Positions 25,106-32,000 of a stretch of DNA of 32,000 bases are shown one piece after another. The DNA lies in contig CP104013.1 of NCBI GenBank assembly GCA_025839675.1, positions 4,050,001-4,082,000 on the forward strand, in the 5' to 3' direction. How positions within the stretch are numbered: position 1 is the first letter of the stretch; each line of letters opens with the position of its first letter. This stretch comes from Candidatus Lokiarchaeum ossiferum (GTDB taxonomy: Archaea > Asgardarchaeota > Lokiarchaeia > Sigyniarchaeales > Promethearchaeaceae). Below the pieces are notes generated by a model. The model did not search any database, was not told the DNA's origin, and worked only from the letters and a program-made list of their open reading frames with translations. A program made the position numbers and the translations under genes.

Positions 25106-25927
25106 ATGGAAAATTATGATATTGATACTGCTACCGCCGAAGAAATAATGACACCTTATGTGATCATGTTGTCTGATTCTGCTACTTTTGAAGATGTGGT
25201 CAAATCATTATATGACAATAATATCTCTGCAGTGTTTATTCATAAAAAGACAACCGATGAATTTTTTATCATTTCACAATCTGATATTATTCATTTTATG
25301 AGAGTTGAAGGTCTAAATCTACCAAGTATCAAAGATATTCCTGTATCGAAACTTATGAAAGGACCTATTCGTATGGTCGATATTGATACACCCGTAGATA
25401 AAATTATTCATGTTATGGCAAAACATGAATATAAGCGGGTTTTAATTTCTGATAAAAATACTCCGGTTGGCGTGGTGAGTACTCGAGATGTGCTCATTTG
25501 GAACAATACTTATTTTAAACCAGCCAAACCTCAAGTACTGCTCTTCATGGATAATCAAACAAGCAATTTTATTTCACAATACATTTTTGAAGAAAATGTG
25601 GATAGCTCCCTCCAACGGGATCTCATCGATATATATGGGGGTGCGCTAAATTCGATTTCCTTGATGACTGATGAAATTCTGAAAAAATCGGGCAAAATGG
25701 CTCAATTAACTAAGGATAATCGCTGTATTTTATTTGAACCTGATAAAGTAATTACTGGAGTATTGATCTGTGATTTTAATTCCATTGATTTACGTTGCAA
25801 GCTTCAAGAAGCCACTCGTAAATTTTGCGAAGTGTATGCTAAAGAGCTCGAATCGAGTCAGCATATGCATGGGATCTGTCGGACTTGCGATGTATCTCCA
25901 GTATTACCTATTTTTGTTGGAGAATAA
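25106..25927 (+). CDS. CBS-pair protein with unassigned alpha/beta C-terminal domain (possibly roadblock/longin-like)
   Basis: Two CBS motifs (IMTPYVIMLSDSATFEDVV...ISQSDIIHFM; LMKGPIRMVDIDTPVDKII...VVSTRDVLIW). The C-terminal ~130 aa have a beta-beta-alpha-beta-beta-alpha pattern. Confidence 0.7.
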   Translation: MENYDIDTATAEEIMTPYVIMLSDSATFEDVVKSLYDNNISAVFIHKKTTDEFFIISQSDIIHFMRVEGLNLPSIKDIPVSKLMKGPIRMVDIDTPVDKIIHVMAKHEYKRVLISDKNTPVGVVSTRDVLIWNNTYFKPAKPQVLLFMDNQTSNFISQYIFEENVDSSLQRDLIDIYGGALNSISLMTDEILKKSGKMAQLTKDNRCILFEPDKVITGVLICDFNSIDLRCKLQEATRKFCEVYAKELESSQHMHGICRTCDVSPVLPIFVGE

Positions 25928-25954
25928 GATCGAAAAGAAAAAAAAGTTTCCCCT

Positions 25955-26146
25955 TCAATATATGGGAGCTGCTTTTCCAGTAATTTTTTGAATAGCTTCT
26001 TTAAATTTAGCAATATTTTGATCAGAATCTTCTACATTGGCAGCAATTAGCGAATTTATCATCGTTTTCTTTGCCAGTTCAACTTTTCCTTCATATCCTT
26101 TTTCATCTTTGATATATTGATAATATTTCATTAATTTTTGACCCAT
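25955..26146 (-). CDS. Small helical hypothetical protein, probably co-translated with the V4R gene
   Basis: The V4R stop TAG is embedded in TAGGAGGT. This places GGAGGT 6 nt upstream of the ATG at 26146; the listed ATG at 26152 abuts the motif. Confidence 0.4.
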   Translation of the reverse strand: MGQKLMKYYQYIKDEKGYEGKVELAKKTMINSLIAANVEDSDQNIAKFKEAIQKITGKAAPIY

Positions 26147-26157
26147 TTTCATACCTC

Positions 26158-26769
26158 CTATACTTTAAACTCCTTTAATGCTTCGATGTATGGTTTAGCT
26201 TCTTCACCCCAATCTTCTTCAGGTTTAATTTCCCATTCGCAATGATCGTCACCTTTTCCCATACATATAGGTTCGATTGCGATAATTTTCTTCCCCATAA
26301 ATGCACTGCACCATCCAGATGCATAACCCATTAATGACCAACAAACAGGCTCTGAATCTTCCCCAAAGTTCATTAAGTGTTGTTCTGCTTCATAGGAATT
26401 GTTCCATACTCCAGTGAAGTAAATCTCCCCTTTCTTACGATCAATTTTCACTTCCTTGGGAGTTGCCTGAACAACACCTTCCCATGTATGAATAACAGGA
26501 CCTGAGGCAAGTAGATCTATTTCACTATCAAACTTATAATTTAATTCCATTTGCATAAAATCTGCATATCCATGTTGATATCCAAATTTTAAAAACATTT
26601 TCCGGGCTTTTTCCTTCCCAATCTCGTCAAAGATCATTTTACGGAGAAGTCCAATAGCCTCTGTATCAAAAATCACCAATCTGGTATCTTTAAATGTTGT
26701 CATTCCCTTTTCCATGTTGAATTTGAGATCTTTTTCAAAATTAAAATCTTGAGCTTTCATCATTATCAT
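26158..26769 (-). CDS. XylR_N-like + V4R (4-vinyl reductase) domain protein
   Basis: RLVIFDTEAIGLLRKMIFDEIGKEKARKMFLKFGYQHGYAD (XylR_N-like). GYASGWCSAFMGKKIIAIEPICMGKGDDHCEWEI (V4R Cys/His signature). Confidence 0.75.
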   Translation of the reverse strand: MIMMKAQDFNFEKDLKFNMEKGMTTFKDTRLVIFDTEAIGLLRKMIFDEIGKEKARKMFLKFGYQHGYADFMQMELNYKFDSEIDLLASGPVIHTWEGVVQATPKEVKIDRKKGEIYFTGVWNNSYEAEQHLMNFGEDSEPVCWSLMGYASGWCSAFMGKKIIAIEPICMGKGDDHCEWEIKPEEDWGEEAKPYIEALKEFKV

Positions 26770-26931
26770 CTCTAAACGATATATCTTTGTTTGATAACAT
26801 TAACCCAAAATCAAAATAAATGGGTTCGTCTTCTAAAAAATATGAAAAATGAAAAAATATGTTATAATTGTAACTCTGATGACAATACTGACAATTATGT
26901 TGGGAAAAAAAATTTGGGATGATCCTCAACC

Positions 26932-27492
26932 TTAGGATTGAATCTTATCTAAAATTGAATTAACATAGGCTGGTTGAAACTCTTCCGCTAGTAGATCCAT
27001 AAAAATGACATCAAATTTTTTTCCACCAATGATCCGACCTTGGCGTCGTCTTCCTATCTCTTTGAACCCGACTTTTTTATATAATGCAATGGCTCGCTGA
27101 TTAAATTCAAAGGTTCCTAGCATGATATTATTAATATTTAGCAAATTAAAAGCATAATCCAGAATTAAATTCATAACATCTTGCCCATAACCTTTTCCCC
27201 AACAATTTTTTTCTCCAATCGCAATTCCCACCATGGCACGTCGATCAACATGGTCAATATCAAATAACATGACCCGTCCGATGGCAGTATTTGATTGAGA
27301 GTCAATAATGGAAAAAATATGCTTGTTATTCTTAATTATGTGAGAAATCGAGTTCTGTTCATTTGTGATTGATGTAGGATAATATACTTCATTGCCCAAG
27401 AGCATGGTTGTTTCCGTATCATTGAACCATGTCGCCCATTTTTCAGCATCTTCCTCGTTACAAGGGGAAAGATAACACAATTTCCCAATCAT
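26932..27492 (-). CDS. GNAT N-acetyltransferase
   Basis: GIAIGEKNCWGKGYGQDVMNLILDYAF...NQRAIALYKKVGFKEIG acetyl-CoA site. Start ambiguous (27492, 27507 or 27570); the longest version overlaps the ATP-grasp stop by 19 nt. Confidence 0.8.
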   Translation of the reverse strand: MIGKLCYLSPCNEEDAEKWATWFNDTETTMLLGNEVYYPTSITNEQNSISHIIKNNKHIFSIIDSQSNTAIGRVMLFDIDHVDRRAMVGIAIGEKNCWGKGYGQDVMNLILDYAFNLLNINNIMLGTFEFNQRAIALYKKVGFKEIGRRRQGRIIGGKKFDVIFMDLLAEEFQPAYVNSILDKIQS

Positions 27493-27551
27493 TTTTTTAA
27501 AATACATGATAGAGAATACAGAAGAAAAAGTATAAAAAAATTCAGTTTTCC

Positions 27552-28721
27552 CTATTTTAAGATTATGCAATCGATTAAATCATCGTTTAGTATTCGAAGC
27601 ATTTCATCTTTAGTGGATTCATCAAATTCTACAAAGGCAATTGCAAACAAAGGAAATTTTCGATAATCCATTTGGCGAATCTCCAATGGATGAGTGAATT
27701 TCGAAGCAAATTTTTCGTAATCAATCGATGCAATATCCTCCCGTTTGATTTCTTTTGGGATATCTCCAACTACCATCGCATAGGTCTTTTTTTCCTTTCC
27801 TACTGTAACTTGCTCCCAATTAGGTGTGTTTCTTTCGAAGAACATCTGGTAATTATTAGTTCCCCAAGCAAAATAAGCTAAGTCGGTGACACACAAACCT
27901 GCAAACCGCATTGGATTAGCTTCAATAATCCCCACTTTCCCTTTTTCATCAACTCGAAATTCAATGTGCATAGGAAAATTCTTGATCAATGTGACTTCTC
28001 CTATTTGCTGAAGAGTTTTAAGAAAAGTCTCCCGATTTTGAGTTATTATTTCTTTCGATGTTATGTATAATCTATCGGAAGTGTCTTCTGGAGATGCGAA
28101 ATAATGCTTTAGTATATTAAGTATCGAAGGTTTCCCTTTTTCATTAAAATAGACATCGACGGCATATTCATCCCCTTCAATCATCTCTTCAATAATAAAA
28201 TTGGTTGAATTTACGACCTCAATTGGAAAAACATCTTTGTTGTTGGCCATTTCTGCTCGAATTGAAGAGATTATTATTGGCCATTCTTCTCTAGTTTGCA
28301 CAACGTATACGCCCAAACTAAAAAATCCAATTGAAGGTTTAATAATGAATGGAAATGGTACTTCTTCGAGGTTTAAACTTTCAAGATCACTTAATTTAAT
28401 TTGTTTGAAATAGAAATTTGGAAAATATGATTGCATTTTCTCTCTGAATATAACCTTATCTTTAAATATATTAATTTTCTCACTTAAGTCCATAAAATCC
28501 AAGTTTTTATTAATCCAATTGATGGAGTTTTCCGAATTGCTGAAAAGAGGTTGAGCGGGATTTTTTTTGAGCATTTCAATAAATTTAGATTCTTCCATAA
28601 AATTAATCTTGGAATTCAATTTCATGTCTTGAATTGCTGTATTTTTCAAAACTGGCACTTGCATTTCAATAAGGGTATTTTCAAGGAAATTGGAAACAAA
28701 AGGTTTGTCTAATATTATCAT
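27552..28721 (-). CDS. ATP-grasp domain protein (carboxylate-amine ligase-like)
   Basis: FPFIIKPSIGFFSLGVYVV, IIEEMIEGDEYAVDVYF, HIEFRVDEKGKVGIIEANPMRFAG. Confidence 0.8.
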   Translation of the reverse strand: MIILDKPFVSNFLENTLIEMQVPVLKNTAIQDMKLNSKINFMEESKFIEMLKKNPAQPLFSNSENSINWINKNLDFMDLSEKINIFKDKVIFREKMQSYFPNFYFKQIKLSDLESLNLEEVPFPFIIKPSIGFFSLGVYVVQTREEWPIIISSIRAEMANNKDVFPIEVVNSTNFIIEEMIEGDEYAVDVYFNEKGKPSILNILKHYFASPEDTSDRLYITSKEIITQNRETFLKTLQQIGEVTLIKNFPMHIEFRVDEKGKVGIIEANPMRFAGLCVTDLAYFAWGTNNYQMFFERNTPNWEQVTVGKEKKTYAMVVGDIPKEIKREDIASIDYEKFASKFTHPLEIRQMDYRKFPLFAIAFVEFDESTKDEMLRILNDDLIDCIILK

Positions 28722-28777
28722 TGCTACCTACGAGTAAGAAACATCGCTTAGCAAAAAAATTTCTGTATCATTACTAT

Positions 28778-28805
28778 AAGGATTTTATCAAAAATCCTTT
28801 TTTTT
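28778..28805 (+). other. Perfect 9-bp hairpin followed by T6 (intrinsic-terminator-like) upstream of the ATP-grasp gene
   Basis: aaggatttt-atca-aaaatcctt-tttttt, seen directly in the sequence. No + strand gene ends nearby, so its role is unclear. Confidence 0.3.
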
Positions 28806-29152
28806 ATTAACATCAATAATTTTTAAAATTGGTTTGTAGATCACAATTTTGAAATATCTATCCAATTTTTGACTTTTAAACGTTTTTGAGTTAATTCCGA
28901 GAATAATTTAAATAATTTGCACAGATGTGGTAAATATTTTCTAATTTGGGTTGAGAGTTTAGTGGGAAATGATCTTTTATTTCATTGAGCTTTGAAATTC
29001 TTTTGGAAAAAAGACATTTCTTAATGCATTCTTTAGGAATTTCGACAGAGCTACATAAAGATTTAAATTGACAAAAATAGAAAATTGAAATGATATAACA
29101 AATACGCATTGTTACATTGTTATGGTTATAATAAATTTAGGTGCTGAATAAG

Positions 29153-30943
29153 ATGACAATTAAATATACTGTAGATGAAGGTCGTCCTTTTTATGGCAAA
29201 TTTTGGCCAAAAGGAGTACCTCATCAATTAGATTATGATTATTCCTTGACTGTTGGAGGAATGCTGGATCGGGCTATTGAAAAATGGCCAAATGACCCCG
29301 CAATGTGGTTTTTAAAGACTTGGGTAACATATAAAGAATTTGGCAATTATGTAGATCGAATGGCGACCTATCTTCATTCGATTGGAGTGAAAAAAGGAGA
29401 TGTTGTAGCAATTCATTTAGCTAATTGTATACAATATGAAGTGGCTTATTTTGCTATTGCTAAAATTGGAGCAATTGTTACTGGAATAAACCCAACGTAT
29501 AAACCGATGGAAATCTTACACCAGTGCAAACTAACTGGAGCTAAAGTGATTATCGTGTTAGATGCACTTTATTTTCATTATGTATCAAAGTTTCGAGATG
29601 AATGGGATTTCGATAAAATAATTTATACTAATTTAGTGGATCTCGCCTCTGGTATGTCTCCTGTGATTAAATTTATCGGAAAGTTATTGAAAAAGATTCC
29701 TAAAGCAAAGGTAGAACATCCCAATGCTATTTCTTTTATGGAATGCTTAAAAACTGCCCCAAATGTACCAAATGTGGAAATTGATTGTGAAAACGATGCT
29801 GCCACTTTGATCATGACTGGCGGTACAACAGGTGTGCCAAAAGCGGCTGAGTTAACTCACATGAATGTCGTTGCAAATGCATTTCAATGTAAGGAAATTT
29901 TAATCAATCAACGAGAAGAAGGTAGTACTGAAGCTCCTCTTGGTCATCGAACGGGTATGGTTGGTTGTCTACCATTATATCACAGTTTTGCTATGACAAC
30001 AGTCATGAATATTTCAATGGCCGTTGGTGGCTGGCAAATGCTGTTTGCAAAGCCTCCACCCACCGAAGAATTATTGAAGGAAATTCATGAATTACCCGAT
30101 TATAATGGCTATATATATTGTGCTGCCGAAATTTTATTCCAAAGGATTGCTGAAATCGATCATGCGGTATTAGAAAAATATCCTTTGAAAGGTCATTTGA
30201 AATTATGCATTAGTGGAGCTGGACCGCTTCATGAATATGTGCGGATTCCTTATGAAAAGAATACTGGTGCAAAAATTACTGAAGGATATGGACTTTCTGA
30301 GTGTTCACCTGTTGCAAGCTGTAATAATTTTTATGGCGAACGTGAACCTGGATATATTGGTGTTCCAGCACCTGGTACTGATTGGGCTATTTTTGATGCG
30401 GAAGATTTTTCAAAAGGGATTATCAATGGCCTCGGAGAAGAAGCTGGTACTGGAGAAATTTGCGTTGCCGGTCCTCAAGTTATGAAAGGTTATTGGCAAA
30501 ATCCTGAACGAACCAAAGAAACGATTAAAGAATACGATGGTCGCAAATGGCTATTAACTGGTGATATTGGTTTTATGGATGAGTACGGCCGAATTGCGAT
30601 TCGAGATCGAAAGAAGCAATTGATTAAAATGGCAGGTCATTCCGTATTTCCAAAGGAAGTGGAATCATTAATTGGTTCTCACGAAAAAGTTCTCGAGGTT
30701 GCGGTCGCTGGATTACCTGATCCTAAAACGGGTGAAGCAGTAAAAGCTTGGGTTGCTTTGAAACCAGAATTTAGAGGTACAATTACTGGAGAAGAAATTA
30801 AAGCTTGGACTGAAGAGAATATGACACGCTGGAAATGTCCAAAATATGTGGAAATTATTGATGAAGTTCCAAAATCAAACGTTGGAAAAATTATGCGTCG
30901 AACTTTGCAAGAAGCAGACCCGATGTTCAAGAAAAGTGAATAA
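29153..30943 (+). CDS. Long/medium-chain acyl-CoA synthetase (AMP-forming, FadD-like)
   Basis: AMP-binding motif LIMTGGTTGVPKAAELTH, TEGYGLSE, TGDIGFMDEYGRIAIRDRKKQLIKMAGHSVFPKEVE. I prefer the ATG at 29153 to the listed GTG at 29141. Confidence 0.9.
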   Translation: MTIKYTVDEGRPFYGKFWPKGVPHQLDYDYSLTVGGMLDRAIEKWPNDPAMWFLKTWVTYKEFGNYVDRMATYLHSIGVKKGDVVAIHLANCIQYEVAYFAIAKIGAIVTGINPTYKPMEILHQCKLTGAKVIIVLDALYFHYVSKFRDEWDFDKIIYTNLVDLASGMSPVIKFIGKLLKKIPKAKVEHPNAISFMECLKTAPNVPNVEIDCENDAATLIMTGGTTGVPKAAELTHMNVVANAFQCKEILINQREEGSTEAPLGHRTGMVGCLPLYHSFAMTTVMNISMAVGGWQMLFAKPPPTEELLKEIHELPDYNGYIYCAAEILFQRIAEIDHAVLEKYPLKGHLKLCISGAGPLHEYVRIPYEKNTGAKITEGYGLSECSPVASCNNFYGEREPGYIGVPAPGTDWAIFDAEDFSKGIINGLGEEAGTGEICVAGPQVMKGYWQNPERTKETIKEYDGRKWLLTGDIGFMDEYGRIAIRDRKKQLIKMAGHSVFPKEVESLIGSHEKVLEVAVAGLPDPKTGEAVKAWVALKPEFRGTITGEEIKAWTEENMTRWKCPKYVEIIDEVPKSNVGKIMRRTLQEADPMFKKSE

Positions 30944-30957
30944 AACAATTTTTTCAA

Positions 30958-30966
30958 TTTTTTTTT
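30958..30966 (+). terminator. Oligo-T tract (T9) between convergent genes
   Basis: caaTTTTTTTTTaaaa lies 15 nt after the acyl-CoA synthetase stop. Confidence 0.4.
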
Positions 30967-30987
30967 AAAATAATCATTTTATACTTG

Positions 30988-32000
30988 TTATGTTTCTTCT
31001 TCCTTATCCTTGCTTTCCAATTTACTTGTTGATTTGATTTCAATTCGTATAATCTTCATTCTAATTTTGGAATAAATATTTTTGAGCTCAAAATCGAAGG
31101 AGTAATAATCAATGAGACTTTCAAACCAACTACGATAAGTTTCAATTAGGTATAGGTGATTTTTACTTAATATCTGGAAAAAATGTGCCATTAAGTACTG
31201 TACTTGATGATTCTCATAGGGTTGAGTTAAAACTGATTCAAAATGTTGGAATAAAAAATCGACGATCTCAGTTCCTTGATGAATTAGAAGTACCTCATTT
31301 AGAGTTTGTAAAAAGAATATACCCAATTCATGAATTTCTTTGGAATTCGATTTTAAACATTGTTCCATTTTACCTTTGATATATTCTAATAATTGCGGAT
31401 TCTTTTTTACAACTGTAAAAATGATGTATCGGGTGTGTTCTTGAATCTCTGGATTTTCTTGATCTAAAGTACTGACTAAATATCCAAACCTTACTGCTTC
31501 ATTGAAATAATTAAAGGAATTGTGAAGAAAATATAACATTTTTAGAGATTTTTTGATTGTAAGGGAAGCTCCGTAGCTTAAATGAGTTAAAAAATCCATG
31601 AAATATGTATCTGCTAAAGCAATGTTGTTGGATCTGATAATCATTTCAAAAACAAGCTCATAGATAATTGCTGGAAATCTTGGGCACTGATCTTGATGGA
31701 GCCACGTGGAGACCAAGGGATAATCCTTGAGAGTTTCAGGATTTTTTTGTATATAAACGGAAATAATATTCAAAATATGTTCTATATACCGCTCCTTACC
31801 ACTAGGGGATCCTGAAATTAAGATCTGGGCTAATTTAGTGAGTAATTCTCGAGCAATTTTGTCACAAGGTTGTTGGAAGTCTGATGGAAGATTTTCTCCA
31901 TAGAGAAGATTATGAATCCAGTCTAAAATAATATCTAACTGGTATTCCAAGAGTGTTTTAGGTATTGGTGCTAAGTTAGGATCATTCTGCTCTTTTTCTC
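30988..32000 (-). CDS. All-helical (ARM/HEAT-like) hypothetical protein, probably 5'-partial
   Basis: The listed start at 31950 is TTG. The frame remains open to the window edge (...EKEQNDPNLAPIPKTL-), so the true start probably lies beyond 32000. Repetitive helical composition with an acidic/Lys C-terminal tail. Confidence 0.5.
   Translation of the reverse strand, partial: EKEQNDPNLAPIPKTLLEYQLDIILDWIHNLLYGENLPSDFQQPCDKIARELLTKLAQILISGSPSGKERYIEHILNIISVYIQKNPETLKDYPLVSTWLHQDQCPRFPAIIYELVFEMIIRSNNIALADTYFMDFLTHLSYGASLTIKKSLKMLYFLHNSFNYFNEAVRFGYLVSTLDQENPEIQEHTRYIIFTVVKKNPQLLEYIKGKMEQCLKSNSKEIHELGIFFLQTLNEVLLIHQGTEIVDFLFQHFESVLTQPYENHQVQYLMAHFFQILSKNHLYLIETYRSWFESLIDYYSFDFELKNIYSKIRMKIIRIEIKSTSKLESKDKEEET

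Noticed and set aside
1050-31379. Short ORFs from the six-frame track that overlap larger genes or sit in spacers: 1050..1262, 1788..1991, 3326..3517, 3944..4216, 4567..4761, 6351..6560, 10363..10578, 11085..11324, 12893..13105, 13819..14034, 14122..14355, 14715..14903, 15938..16180, 20426..20620, 21284..21475, 23052..23234, 23525..23776, 23541..23747, 23780..23995, 24652..24861, 25770..25991, 26741..26929, 27672..27881, 28201..28413, 28891..29109, 29623..29814, 30213..30485, 30679..30957, 31185..31379
   Set aside because: All but 23780..23995 and 28891..29109 overlap a longer ORF that either has clear family motifs or is the only long ORF at its locus. Their translations are low-complexity or Cys/Phe/Ile-rich, as expected for off-frame AT-rich DNA. 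None shows a recognisable motif.
1-32000. CRISPR arrays, tRNA/rRNA genes, integrases, transposases, toxin-antitoxin pairs
   Set aside because: I scanned for regularly spaced repeats, GC-rich structured islands and hallmark motifs, and saw none. A computational scan (tRNAscan, Infernal, a CRISPR finder) should confirm this.

Overview
AT-rich (roughly one-third GC by eye), densely coding archaeal segment. The archaeal call rests on two tandem HMf-type histone genes, oligo-T tracts after genes, and TATA-like boxes close to start codons. An Asgard/Loki-like origin is my guess only. I call about 38 protein-coding or pseudogene features. By eye I found no rRNA, tRNA, CRISPR array, transposase or integrase. 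Confident calls: NudC-type Nudix hydrolase; a MacB/FtsX-type ABC module (ATPase, 975-aa double-FtsX permease, second ATPase); MDR-family oxidoreductase; class I SAM methyltransferase; two GNAT acetyltransferases; MFS transporter; homoserine dehydrogenase; CBS-pair protein; XylR_N+V4R protein; ATP-grasp enzyme; acyl-CoA synthetase. The remainder is hypothetical or accessory. No complete, recognisable new system stands out. Best leads: (1) two divergent paralogues with an RNase H-fold/DEDDy-like exonuclease domain and a conserved Cys/His insert, convergent around ~11 kb of accessory genes; (2) an orphan class III cyclase-like palm-domain protein after NudC, facing a block of small membrane proteins; (3) an ABC operon with two different ATPases, one with an AbrB-like plus zinc-ribbon tail, bracketed by distantly related 7-TM proteins, one split at a homopolymer; (4) a 137-bp direct repeat (127/137 identical) that marks a duplication/deletion scar truncating a GH3 glycosidase gene; (5) a 5'-truncated, TAG-interrupted FN3 surface-protein relic abutting the histone pair; (6) histones with short basic N-terminal extensions; (7) a CBS protein with a possible roadblock/longin-like domain beside a V4R (Bet3-related) protein. 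All family assignments come from motif recognition by eye and need profile or structure searches.
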